Shown: in pieces, positions 21,169 through 36,852 of the stretch
Layout of the letters: each line of letters opens with the position of its first letter
Position numbering within the stretch: the stretch's first letter is position 1
Assembly (NCBI GenBank): GCA_029717555.1
Contig: JAMDHS010000122.1
Span: 1-51,238 of the forward strand
Direction of reading: 5' to 3'
Origin: Peribolospora baueri
Lineage: Eukaryota
Length of the DNA stretch: 51,238 nt
Translations under genes and position numbers: made by a program
Notes under the pieces: model-generated
Told to the model about the DNA's origin: nothing
The model's input: only the letters and a program-made list of their open reading frames with translations
Database searches by the model: none

Positions 21169-22506
21169 ATGGGCCACGTCCTTCTCCTCCGCTCTCCTTC
21201 CGAGGCCCTCGGCCAAGATGCTTACCACCGCGCCTTCGCCGCCGCCTCCTCGCACCTCACCCCGCACTCGCTCCCCATTCTCTCTCACCATCTCTTGAAC
21301 CTCGATCAACTCTCGCGGATCATCACAGAACCGGACGGGAGCGCAGCCGCGGGCGCGGACGACGCCGCGACGGAGGGGTCGGCGCCGCGATGGGCAGGCG
21401 TGGTCATCACCAGCCAGCGGGCCGTCGAGGCGTGGGGACAGGCGGCCGCTCGAGCCTCGGCAGATGCCGCCCATTCCATTCCCGTTTCCGCCAACGGCGA
21501 GCGCGACAGCTCTGAAGCGATGCGCGATCGAGCAATCACCACCGCCACCGCGCCCAGGGCGAGCACCGCGTGGGCGCAAATTCCCTTCTTCGTCCCCGGT
21601 CCGTCCACCGCCGCCGCCCTCACTTCCCTGCCCTTGGCCAATGGTCTTCGGCCCGCACGCGTGTATGGGCCAGAAGAGACTGGTACGGGGGAGAAGCTCG
21701 CTTGGTTTGTCGTCGACTGGTTTGGTTTGGAAGGGGAGGAGGAAGAGAGGAAGGAGGTGGGGGAGGCGGAGGGGGAAGGGGAGGAGGGGCAAACCGAGAG
21801 GCATCTGCTCTACCTGACGGGCGACAAGAACGGCTCCACAGTCCGGGATATCCTCACTTCCTCATCCTCGGCTCACTCTTCTCCCTCCCTGCGCGCCGCG
21901 CCGGAGGCCCAGGCTGAGGACGCTGCCTCTGTTCCACCACCGCATACACAACGGCGAGACGACCCGGTGTCGGTAGCGTCGAAGCGACGACGACGACCGC
22001 CGCCGCCGCGGCTGATTGTCCATGAGCTGCAGGTATATGAAACGGCGCTCGATGCTTCTTTCGAACCTTTGCTTCTCGACCTCGTCCGCCGGATCACGAT
22101 GGAGCGAAGAAAGGGGAACGAGAACGGCGACGGCAGCGACGACACCGACGACCGACCTCTGTTCGACTGGATCGTCTTCTTCTCGCCTTCGGGTGCACAG
22201 CTCTCCCTCCCCCTTCTCCACCGCCTTGGCCTCGTCAGCGAACCCAAGTCCTCCGCCTCTGGGGAGACGCCGTCAAAGGCGACGTCCGCAGAGGGACGCA
22301 ATGCCGCCGGAGCACGAAAAAGAGCGGCCCGACTGGCTGCCCTCGGGCCTACCACGTCTCGGTACCTGCTCGTCCAGCGCGGCTTGGCCGTCGATGCCGT
22401 GGCTAACAAGCCCGGGCCTAAGGAATTGGTCGCGGCTACTGAAGAGGCTGACAGGCGGGTGGGGGCAGGGCGCGAGGGAGGTAGAGTAGAGGAGAGGTGG
22501 GTTTAG
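21169..22506 (+). CDS. HEM4: Uroporphyrinogen-III synthase (HemD/Hem4), intronless; alternative ATG at 21145
   Basis: Motifs VLLLRSP, GVVITSQRAVEAW, VPGPSTA, ETGTGEKLA, LLYLTGDK, ELQVYET, WIVFFSPSG, ALGPTT and VANKP in the order expected for fungal Hem4. Confidence 0.9.
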   Translation: MGHVLLLRSPSEALGQDAYHRAFAAASSHLTPHSLPILSHHLLNLDQLSRIITEPDGSAAAGADDAATEGSAPRWAGVVITSQRAVEAWGQAAARASADAAHSIPVSANGERDSSEAMRDRAITTATAPRASTAWAQIPFFVPGPSTAAALTSLPLANGLRPARVYGPEETGTGEKLAWFVVDWFGLEGEEEERKEVGEAEGEGEEGQTERHLLYLTGDKNGSTVRDILTSSSSAHSSPSLRAAPEAQAEDAASVPPPHTQRRDDPVSVASKRRRRPPPPRLIVHELQVYETALDASFEPLLLDLVRRITMERRKGNENGDGSDDTDDRPLFDWIVFFSPSGAQLSLPLLHRLGLVSEPKSSASGETPSKATSAEGRNAAGARKRAARLAALGPTTSRYLLVQRGLAVDAVANKPGPKELVAATEEADRRVGAGREGGRVEERWV

Positions 22507-24469
22507 GAAGAAAGAAGAGAAGAAGAAAGCCGGGGGCGGTCTCGGCGTGACGCGCTACTCCGTCTCTATTCCTACATCAGGCCACAACGACGCTCCTTCC
22601 ATCGCCGAGTCGAAGGCGGGCGGAGGACAACTGAACGCCTATCCGCTCCATCTCCCGACATCACCGTCTCCGGCCTCGATTCACGCGTCATGCCTACATA
22701 TCATGTATCATAGAAGACAGCACAGTATGCTTGCAAGAGCCGAAACTCGTACAAACCGCTCCCCACCTCATCATTCCGGGCACCACGGTACGGATGCGGA
22801 TGATGCGGCGGCGACGAAGGCCCTTGTTCCCGTCTGTATGGCTGAATGAGGGACGCCGAAACGGGGGTAAAAGTTCATACGCCCGTCCACGATCCATCCT
22901 GGGGGAGAGGTTCGACGACGACGACGTGTCGCCCATCGGCGTCCCTCAAAGGAGAGACAGGCGTCAGAGGGAAATGAGGTCGAGGGGCAGCGGAAACGAG
23001 ACGGGGGACAGGCGACAGATGCGTGGCGGCTACTAGGAGATGCGGAGTGTAGAATTTCCTGCAGACGTTTCCTTCTTCGTACAACGTCGAGAGAAGCGTG
23101 TTGTATTCGATTGAGTTCCATGTTCGTCCCGTGGCTTGCTTGGACTCTGGGAGCTCGCAGCTGACCTGATGGACTGGTATGTAGCGCGCACGCAGTTACG
23201 TCAGTGGAGCGCCGTAGGATAAGGAAGAACTCGACCCGAAGGCTCCACCTGTCTTACCAATTGGCCGGAACGGGAATGGAAGTGACACCTCCGTCCGTGT
23301 CTCTCTATCTCTCCACCGCTCCCCACGTTGACTGGGTAGGTGGGCGGACGTCGGGCCGGCATTGCCGAGGACCAAGCCCCGCTCCGGTAGCTGGCGGCCG
23401 GCCTGGCTGGCTGGGCGAACCGGTGGTCGACGATAGCGGAGGGGACGGATGGTGATGAAGTCGACTCCCGAGGCGGACGCTTGCTTGGTTAGTGGATCGA
23501 CTGACTCGGCTAGCGGAACTGCTGATCCCCCGCACTCGGCACCTGACCGCCGATAGAATGGGAAGGGAGTGATTGATGAATCCGATTGATCAACTTGCCA
23601 ACTTGCATTCACGATCATCAACTTGAAATCACCTTCGCTCCATTCTCACTCTACTCAATCTATCAGCCACTTGCGACGCTCTCTCTTTTTTTTCACACCC
23701 CGTCTTCGCTCCTCGTCTCTTCCTCCAAGCCAAGCCAAGCTCTAGCCGCCTACTAACAAGTTAGAGGCCCGCCAACCCTCGTCTCATCTCCGCTCGGGCC
23801 ATCCGCTGCGGCCGTTCAGGGTCATGTGGACCAGCGTCCCTCGCAGTATCGCCTCGGAGGAAAGGAGAGAAGGAGAGCGCTCGAGCCGCCCACCGTCCGC
23901 CAGCGGTTGAGTAATGTCAAGCTAGGTGGAAACGAAACAAGCTCGTCCGTAGCGCACCCGGCTCCACCGGACGGATGGGTTCGCCGAGCCGCGTCCTGTC
24001 GTCGATGCAATGTGGACAAGACAGGCACATGACAGTAATGTACGTCTCCTACAGGTATCGGTAGTTGGCTGTCATCGGTGCATAGAACGTGGCTTGCTGT
24101 GCATCCGCCGCCGTTGTTTTACCCCATCGCCTCTAACTGTGCGCGGCGAAAGCGGGCGCAGAGCAGCGCCCTCCTCTCTTTCGTCCTTGGCTAAGTGCCT
24201 CCCTTCAATCATTCCGCCTCTTCATCCTATTGCATCCCTGTGCAGATCAGATCAGTTGACCTGCCTGTCAAGCGAATTCTTCGAGCCGGGCTTGCGGGGG
24301 CAGCGAAGGAGATATAAGCCCCCCGGGACCTCGCCATCGCTCCATCGTTCCTCATCGTCCGCTTCCCCCCCCCCCTCTTCTCCTTCCCAGTCAACACATT
24401 CTCTTGTGTGCCGGCCCCGCCTTTGCTCTCATACCTTGCCCCTCCTAACGTACTCACTGTCTGCCCGCC

Positions 24470-25676
24470 ATGCACGCCACCGCCGCCGCCCTCACCACCG
24501 TCGCTGTCGCGGCCTCGCTCGCATCAGCCCGCACGTTCACCGTCACCAACCACTGCAGCTACACCGTGTGGCCTGGTCTGTTCTCCGACCCCAAGTCTCC
24601 CGTACCCACCCAGGCCACCGGCTGGCAGCTCGACCCTGGCCAGACCACCAGCTTCAACATGCCCGCCAACTGGAGCGGACGGTAGGTAGCGCTATGGGAC
24701 CGGGGCGATGACCACGGACCGTCACGCCGTGCTCACCCACCCCACTCTTCGTCTGTCGTCGTCTTCCACCAGCATCTGGGGTCGCAACGACTGTGACTTC
24801 TCCAAGCCTGGTCCCAACAACTGTGCCACCGGCGGCTGCAACAGCCAAGCCGGCAACAACATGCAGTGCGCCACGACGGGCGGAACTGGAGTGAGCGTCG
24901 CTCGCTCGCTGAAGGAGCCGTCTCATCGTGGACGAGGTCAGTCGCGCTCACACTGTTTACATCATTCGAACCAACCAGGTGCCGCCAGCGACGGTTGCCG
25001 AGTGGACGTTGGACACTCCTTCCGGCGACAACTACGACGTCTCCAATGTCGACGGCTTCAACATCCCCATGACCGTTACGAACAGCGTCGGCTGCCCTAC
25101 GCCGTCCTGCCCTAAGGACCTCAACCCCGGCTGGTGAGCATAACCCATCGCACCTAGCGCGGACCAGAATGAGCCACCCGAGGCGAGAGCGAGGCTCGCT
25201 GAATGAACGGTTCCCCTCCCGTTTCCACACCCCTTTCCCTCCCCACGCAGCCCCGACGACCGCCTTAAGGTGAAGGACAGCCAGGGCAACACCGTCGGCT
25301 GCAAGACCGCTTGCACAGCCGGCATCGACGACGTCTCCGCCAACTGCTGCACCGGCCCCGCCCACAACACGTCCGCTACGTGCCCCAGCTCTGGCGTCGA
25401 GTTCTACAGCTACTTCAAGGTGAGCTGGCGGTTGCATCGCATCCCGTTCTCCTTGCCCATGCGCCGCACACACTCCTCTCCTTTCCTCACGCCGCTTTCC
25501 TTCGTTGGCTGCGACGCTCACCTTCGCCTCTCGGCATTTCAACTTTCCCACCCTCTTCCTCGTCCTAGGGCAACTGCCCCAACGCCTACGCCTACGCCTA
25601 CGACGAGAGCTCCGGCACCGCACTCTGGACCTGCCCCTCGTCCAAGCAGGCCGACTACACCCTCACGTTTTGCTGA
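24470..25676 (+). CDS. Secreted thaumatin-like protein (PR-5/GH152); 5 exons
   Basis: Signal peptide, then RTFTVTNHCSYTVWPG...WSGR|IWGRNDC...CATGGC...PPATVAEWTL...DNYDVSNVDGFNIPM...GCKTAC...NCCTG...YSYFK|GNCPNAYAYAYDESSGTALWTC...ADYTLTFC*. 16 Cys; TATA-like gatataag at ~24311. Confidence 0.97.
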
Positions 25677-26639
25677 GTACGACGACTTTTCACTCGAATC
25701 GGCCTGTAGTAGACGGAAACGAAAGCGGGAGCGTCGGCCGGCCCTAGAGAGGTAGACGGCGGTGGTGGGGAAGGCCGTCTGTCTCTCGTAGGGAAAACTC
25801 TATCCACATAGCAGAGCCCTCCCTCGTTCCCTCTCTACCTCCTCACGCCGGCTCCGTGTCCACTCCCCCTCCCCCTATCCCCCTACTCTTGTTGATGTAT
25901 CTTGTATATTCATTCAGCCATGACGCCCGGCGGCAACGTGCCCACGTATCATGTACGGACAATTGCCTCGCCTTCCCAGATCTGCTGGAGTAACCGGGCG
26001 AACATTCATACCCCCCCTCCACCCTCATGCATGCGCGTGTCGACTTTTTGATGATCTTGACTGGTCCGTCTCCATCCATGACACCAGAATCCGGACGAGG
26101 ATCACATCGACCTCCATGGATCCACCCACCCACCCACCACGCCACGTCCGGCACTTGTCCAAAGAAGACTGTTCGTCACTGGAGAGCCGGCCGGCTGGGA
26201 GCTCGCCGTAAGACACACGGTTCTACGCGCCCAAGACTGATCACGATGTGATCAAACGCCTACAACCAATTGCGGCGAAGGTCGTGTGGGGAACAATGCG
26301 GACAAAACGCTACAAGAAGCTATTGTACGTACATACTCTTGAGCGCACTGCTCGATCCAGTTGCCAAGTTGGCGAGACTCCACACCCCAATGCGGAATAC
26401 ACGTATCATATCTATTCATGCGATCACCTCTGATAATGACTAGAATTACAAAACATCATTTAATGCGAGGATGCGGCGGAACGAAACGAGATGTGGGTTC
26501 CGGCGCGATCAATGGCCGCGCGAGGAAGCAGGGAGGGAAAGGCGAATGTAGACGAGTCGTGTGGCGACGCGCATGGGGAGAAGCGGAATTGAGAAAGGGA
26601 CCAGCCGGAGAGACGACAGGGCCGTAGAGAAAGCGAAAT

Positions 26640-31130
<4,491 letters not shown>

Positions 31131-31206
31131 GGTCGAAGACTGGTCGATCTGGTGACTCGATAGCGAGGGTACGGCCGATCGAGCGTGGATGAGAGAATTA
31201 TTGAGC

Positions 31207-31391
31207 GATTTATTAATTCATTCCGTTTAAAGCAGTCCTATAGACGACTATATACGGTGTAGATCGTGTAGATCGTGGGAATGTAGGTGCTGCGGAGACG
31301 CCGCATTCCCACGATTTACACCGTCTATAGTCTCTTTAGGTCTCTATTGGGCTGGTGTATATAGACTTTAAACAGAATGAATCAATCAATC
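31207..31391. repeat. Foldback/palindromic element (MITE-like) in the RPC2-E2 divergent intergenic region
   Basis: Outer arms 31207-31232 and 31366-31391 match 23/26 as reverse complements. Inner arms gactatatacggtgtagatcg[tgtagatcg]tgggaatg (31246-31283) pair with cattcccacgatttacaccgtctatagtc (31304-31332). Confidence 0.8.
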
Positions 31392-31742
31392 AATCAATCC
31401 GGTGCCGAGGCGGCAGGCGATGGCCACCAAGACTCGGGTCGGAGACGCTTTGCAGTCCGTTGTCCTTCTCACCTCTGTCCTCCTCGTCGCCGCTCCTCGC
31501 CATCCAGCACGCTTTGCGTCCGATCCCACTCTCGCGCAGCGACAGCGCTCAGCTCGATCTTTTGTTACTGCGGTCTCTACGCTCCGTTAGGTCTGCCCTA
31601 CCCGCCCCTTTCCCGCAGAGCCCGGCCGGTATCGTCGAACCCGCCGCACACTCCAAAGTCGCCGCACCCGGGCCCTATCGCCAAGCCAGTCCAGTTAGGC
31701 ACCCACCCCCTGGCACGGTAGGCAGTCTGAAACTACATCAAT

Positions 31743-32968
31743 ATGCCGTCCACGCCCAATGGTCAGAAGTGCAGTGCCAACTCCCACCTCATCCTCAAGC
31801 GCCAGCTCGCAGGTAAGCCTCTCGCTCTCTTCCGCATCCTCGTCTGTTCTCTCCATTGATCAACCAGAAGCAAGGAAAGAGGGATCCAAACTGAATTGCT
31901 GATGTTTGCTATTACTGCTCTTGTCCCGCGTGGTCATTTCTTTAATACAGAGCTGAACAAGCGTGAGTGACCTGAGGGCGTCGTCCGAATCATGCGGTAC
32001 CACAAACCACCGCTCACAAGCCGGTCATCTCTTTTCATTCCTATCTTGTCATAGACCCTGTTGAAGGCTTCTCGGCAGGCCTGGTAGACGATTCGAACCT
32101 ACTCGAATGGGAGATCATGATTATCGGTCCAGCTGGTGCGTGCGTGACAACCGCCCGTGAATTGGCGCTCGTGATGGAGAACAGCCGTTGATCTCGCGGC
32201 CCGTGTTCGACAGACTCTCTGTACGAGGGTGGCTTCCTCAAAGCAAGGATGACATTCCCGGAGGTGAACTTGGCTTCCTTTTGTTCAGTCCTCCTTCCAC
32301 AAGCTCATCCATTGCAATATCTTCTCACCCTGTGTTCTTCAGGAGTTCCCTCTTCTGCCGCCAAAATTGAGATTCATCACCCCGATGTGGCATCCTAACA
32401 GTGCGTTCGTGTTTTCTGGCGGTGATGTACTTGCAACGACGGACGCTGAGGCGTATGTGCTTACGTCTTGCTGTGCTGTCGTCGCTCCAGTCTACAAGGA
32501 CGGCAACGTTTGCATTTCCATCCTGGTGAGCTGCCACTAATGCCACTCGTAATACCGCGTATCTTCTGTTGTTCACACTGCTTTAAATATTCGGTTCAAC
32601 CACTCTCACGCCTGGTCCCGTCTAGCACTCTCCTGGTGATGACCAGTGGGGATACGAAGACGCCGGCGAGCGTTGGCTGCCGGTGCACACGGTCGAGTCC
32701 ATCGTGAGTGCCGTGCTCTCGTCCTGCCCTCCCTTGTCGATTTCCATGTTTCTGTTCTCAAACAAGGCGACACTGACCACGGTACCTTCCTACCGTCCGT
32801 TCGTTTCCTTAGCTCCTCTCCGTCATATCCCTCCTTTCCTCCGATACACCAAACATCGACTCGCCCGCCAACATCGACGCTGCGAAGGAGTTGCGAGAGA
32901 CCCCGAAGGAATATCGGAAGAAGGTTCGGAGGTTGGTGAGGCAGAGCGCCGAGGAGGGGTGGGATTGA
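31743..32968 (+). CDS. Ubiquitin-conjugating enzyme E2, UBE2G1/Ubc15 (Ubc7-family) type; 8 exons including a 12-nt micro-exon
   Basis: LILKRQLA|ELNK|HPVEGFSAGLVDDSNLLEWEIMIIGPA|DSLYEGGFLKARMTFPE|EFPLLPPKLRFITPMWHPN|IYKDGNVCISIL|HSPGDDQWGYEDAGERWLPVHTVESI|LLSVISLLSSDTPNIDSPANIDAAKE...EEGWD*. Has the acidic loop typical of the Ubc7/Cdc34 group. Confidence 0.93.
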
Positions 32969-33902
32969 TGGCGGTCCGTTCGTACTCGCTCCGTTGTCGC
33001 TCTTTCATCGCACGACTCGGGTTGGCGCCATCGTCGTTCATGCTCGAGGGCGTTCTTCCGGAGGACGTCCTTTCTCCACCGTCGTCAGCGACGTTCGCCG
33101 CGTTCGAGACATTCCCTGCCAGTTGTTTTATTGATCCCTTCCATTGGTCACCTCCTTAGCATACAGCGTCCGCAGCAAACCGCTCCTGCTTCTCCCTTCG
33201 TTCTCGTCCCTTCTTTCCTCCGATCCCCTTACCATCCCCCATATTATTTTTTTTCCTTGTTCGCCCCTCATGTGTAACCATATCATCAAAGCCACAGTGG
33301 CAACGGCTGTTTCGTCGGACGATGGTGGAAAAGTCGAAAGAATGGCCGTGAGGCCGCTGTAGGGGACGATAACGAGGGATCGCTCTGTCCTGCAGGACAG
33401 ATGGTGAGCCTGCAAGCTGTAGCACCCTCCTCGTAATTTGAGATCTATCGTCCTCGCACGAGAAAAAAGAGAGCGTGAAGGCGTGTCAGAGGTTGTCCGG
33501 GGCGAAGACAAGTAGTGAGATAAGGCACAGCCCAGTGACGAAGGAGAGATGGAGAATTCCCATCCGGATCCCGAACGTAAACGCTCAGCATGGGGCCATT
33601 TGGTGCCAGTGCATTTCATGGGTCCTTCAACAAGGGGGATGGATGCCTTTGGAAGCGAGGTGTTTGGAGATTTTATGCTCGGTGATGAAAACAGAAATCT
33701 TGCGAGCCTGACTGCGGAATGCGGGCTTTTATGAGATGGGGGAGGACGAGGTGAGAGATGGTGTGGGTGCGGGCTCAGTGAACCTAGTGTGTTTCCTTTC
33801 AACGTCGAGAACATCGCTTTCACCTTCCAGCCCTCACCCTTTCGCGGCTGGCGTGCCGAGGCTGGCGTGCCTAGCACTATTAACATAACGACGTCTGCAA
33901 AA

Positions 33903-34000
33903 CTTGCTCACGCAAACATTAATCTTAAGTTGTCGAATATTCATCTTGCTTACCCAAACATCAACCTTGAGTTGTCGAACATTCATCTTGCCTGTCCGAA
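33903..34000. repeat. Degenerate 42-bp tandem repeat (~2.3 copies)
   Basis: cttgctcacgcaaacattaatcttaagttgtcgaatattcat / cttgcttacccaaacatcaaccttgagttgtcgaacattcat / cttgcctgtccgaa. Confidence 0.85.
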
Positions 34001-34062
34001 TGGTTTTCCTGCAATGCCTTCTGATTCATTCCGGCATTCAGGCCGTCAAGGAGTGCAGAGAG

Positions 34063-34125
34063 GTGTCCATATTCTACAATAACGTGTCTATATTCTACAA
34101 CAACGTGTCCATATTCTACAATAAT
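34063..34125. repeat. 21-bp tandem repeat, 3 copies
   Basis: gtgtccatattctacaataac / gtgtctatattctacaacaac / gtgtccatattctacaataat. Confidence 0.93.
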
Positions 34126-34384
34126 GAGCCCAAGAATTCTTCGGAGGCTGTTGGCCACCATGCCGTGCTCCGTTCCTTTGGCATAGGTCTTCGGCTGTTC
34201 AAGGAAGCAGGGGGACGCCCCGGCAACTGTCAGCCAAGCAAGCGGACACGAATACCAAGGACGTAATCATAGGACTTACAGAGCACCGAGCCTCCGGCCC
34301 CGCCAAGTAGTAGCGTCGATTCCCGGGGAAGGAAGAAAGCAAGAGCGGCAAGACACAAAGATAACCTGATCAGGCAGTGAATGG

Positions 34385-34998
34385 TCTGCTCTCAGCATGG
34401 AAGACCTTCGCAATACTGAAGGCGCGCAACAGCAACACTTGAAGGCCACATACCGACTGACCCCGAGCCGCCGGGGCATGACCTGGAAGAGTCGCTCATG
34501 ACCTCAAATTTGACCAGAGCCCATTGGGCAACAACGGCAATGGAGCACCTCCGAGGAGAGGCGCGCGATTGGTACTTGTCGCTGAAGCGGAGCAACAAAG
34601 GACAAACACCGAATTGCGAAACCTTTCTTCACGACTTGAGTAGTTTGAAGTTGATTCTACGGGCTACGTAGCTTCCTCAAGCGTTTCTTCTTGCATGAGA
34701 CATGGAACATGACCATGATGCAGACTGTTCCAAGGCTCGACGCTCTATTGTGCCCAGTGTGCGGCGGCCTTGTACTTCTCCGCCTGGGCTATCGTTTGTC
34801 GAGCTGCGCAAGGCCCGGAGGAGCCCTTCTCGGATTTGGCGTTCCTCCGTTAGCTGCTCTTCCAACCGTTGTCCTTTTGCCATCATCCTTGCAACTTGTG
34901 CACACAGCGCCCGAGGCTCCAAGTATGTGGCCTTCATAAATTGAGCGTTGCTGTCGCGCGCCTTCAGTATTGCGAAGGTCTTCCATGCTAGGAGCAGA
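34385..34998. repeat. Inverted repeat pair of ~70 bp (34385-34453 and 34923-34998)
   Basis: tctgct..agcatggaagaccttcgcaatactgaaggcgcgc.acagcaac.ct...tgaaggccacatac occurs on + and on -; the right arm has a 7-nt insertion. Confidence 0.9.
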
Positions 34999-35843
34999 GC
35001 TTAACCTTCTTGTCTGTTTAGGTCACCTTCGTCGCTTGCGAATTCTTTCTTTCTGTCTTTCCAGGGGATCGACTCCGCCACGGCGGGGCCGGAGGGTCGG
35101 TATCTTGTATGTCCTACGATTACGTGTCTTGTGGTATCGGTGTCCGCTTGTGTGGGCTGACAGTTTGCCGGGGCGTCCCCCTGCTTCGTTGAACGGCCGA
35201 GGACCTATACCAAAGAATCAAACTAGGACCCACCAACTTTCGAAAGTTGCGACTCGCGTTCACGTGCCAGACGTTAGCGCGAGGAAGATCTCTGGTTTCC
35301 ATCATCGGAGCAGGGCGAAAGGACGGTATATATACGCGAGAGGTTCGTGGAACAGAGTAGACGAACGGAGTAAACGAGAGACAGCCACGGCGAATGTGTT
35401 GGGAGGGGGGCCACGACGGAGGTAGGCGGGGATTGCAACACATGCAACACTGTAATGAGCATGTGAGCCATGCGACCGATCACTTGGACCGGCCTCGTCG
35501 AATGGAGCGTTGAGTGGTAGGACGAGCGAAGCAACAGCACCAACGAAGGAATGGCTGCTCAAGGTGAGCGGGCACTCTTCTTTGTCTTTGTCTCTTTTAT
35601 GCACATATAATTCTCATTTCTGGCCCAGGCCGCTCCGAAGCTGACTCCATGCCGCCCGCTCAGGCTCGTCGTCGTCGCTCTACAGCGCAGTGGACAGGGT
35701 ACCTCTGATAAAGAACCCCGGCTTGCGGGTACCGCCACTTGTGAGCACCTCCTTTCCCCGATCTTTCTTGCACTGATCTGTCTTTTGTTCTTCTCAATAC
35801 GTTGGCTCACTCGACTCATGACTCGCTCGCCCCCGCTTGTCGA

Positions 35844-36534
35844 ATGGACCGGTCATTTTTGCCTGTCATCCACATGCCCTCCCAGGTCACCCTTCCTCAA
35901 GACATCCATCCTTTGCCGGACGACGTGCGGGCGTATGTGAGTGTGGATCTCCGTTTTTCTTTCTTTACCTCTGATCCTCTCCGTCCAAGACATGGTTCTA
36001 CTTTCACATCTCTTCCGATTGGAACTGACGTCCCCTTCTATTTGCGTTTGCCCCCCTCAGTTCGTCTACCCCTTCTCCCTCGAGTCCTACGTACTCCAAC
36101 CCCCACCCCTGCACGCCCCTCCTAGCCTCCCCACGCCGCCTTACCTAGCTTCCCGTCCATCCGCACACCCTTCACCCCCCACATATACCTCCTCCGCCTC
36201 GCTCGAAGCCCTGCATGCGAGGCACAAGGAGTACCTCGCTGAGAGGCAGAGGGAGAAGGAGAGGAGGAGGAAAGAGGCGTTGAGGAGGGTGGCGCCGGGG
36301 TGGGAGGAGGGGATGGGCGTGTTGGAGCCTACCAGGGCTGGCACGAGTTCCGGCACGGCGGCAGCCGGGATGGTATCAGCGAACGCAGGTGCGGGCGGAC
36401 AAAGGCAAGGGCGAGGACAAGGGCACGAAAGGAGCAGGAGCGTGCTGGACCACTTGGTGGACCACTTGGCGGCTATGGACGCCAGGGGTAGCGGACGCTC
36501 TGAGGATCCGCAGGTTTCCGAGCCGCTAGTATGA
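35844..36534 (+). CDS. Hypothetical protein; 2 exons (intron ~35937-36060); alternative ATG at 35874
   Basis: MDRSFLPVIHMPSQVTLPQDIHPLPDDVRAY|FVYPFSLESYVL...LHARHKEYLAERQREKERRRKEALRRVAPGW...VLDHLVDHLAAMD. Clean phase-0 GTGAGT...CTGAC...CAG intron. Confidence 0.75.
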
Positions 36535-36852
36535 TGATGCGAGTCCGATGGACTAGAATGGTACGGCATGGGCATTTGCCGGGTCGTCTCGCCCTCCTTG
36601 CCCGCATGACTTTGCAGAACTTCGATACCCTTTCCATCGTTTTTGCGAGATCACGCGCAGTCCAGTCCGAGCGACGAGGAGATGCGTCGGCGAGAGAAAA
36701 AAATCCCTTAGATACGTGCGATTCCGACCGTCCAAAAAGAGTGGGTATCTACCAACAGACGGACGATGAGTAGTGGACAGTGGACCATCTGCTTTCTGCT
36801 CCCCGCCGACCATCTCTGAATCCTCTTCGAAGTCGCCTTCGCAGGGCCAAGT

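Noticed and set aside
22510..24300. Possible hidden gene or RNA gene in the long HEM4-thaumatin interval
   Set aside because: Only short motif-less ORFs; no tRNA or rRNA signature that I could recognise by eye.
33128..33886. 252-aa minus-strand ORF
   Set aside because: Non-ATG start, no motif, random-looking composition; cannot be supported as a gene.
33903..34125. Repeats as a CRISPR array
   Set aside because: Units are contiguous with no unique spacers, there are no cas genes, and the context is eukaryotic.
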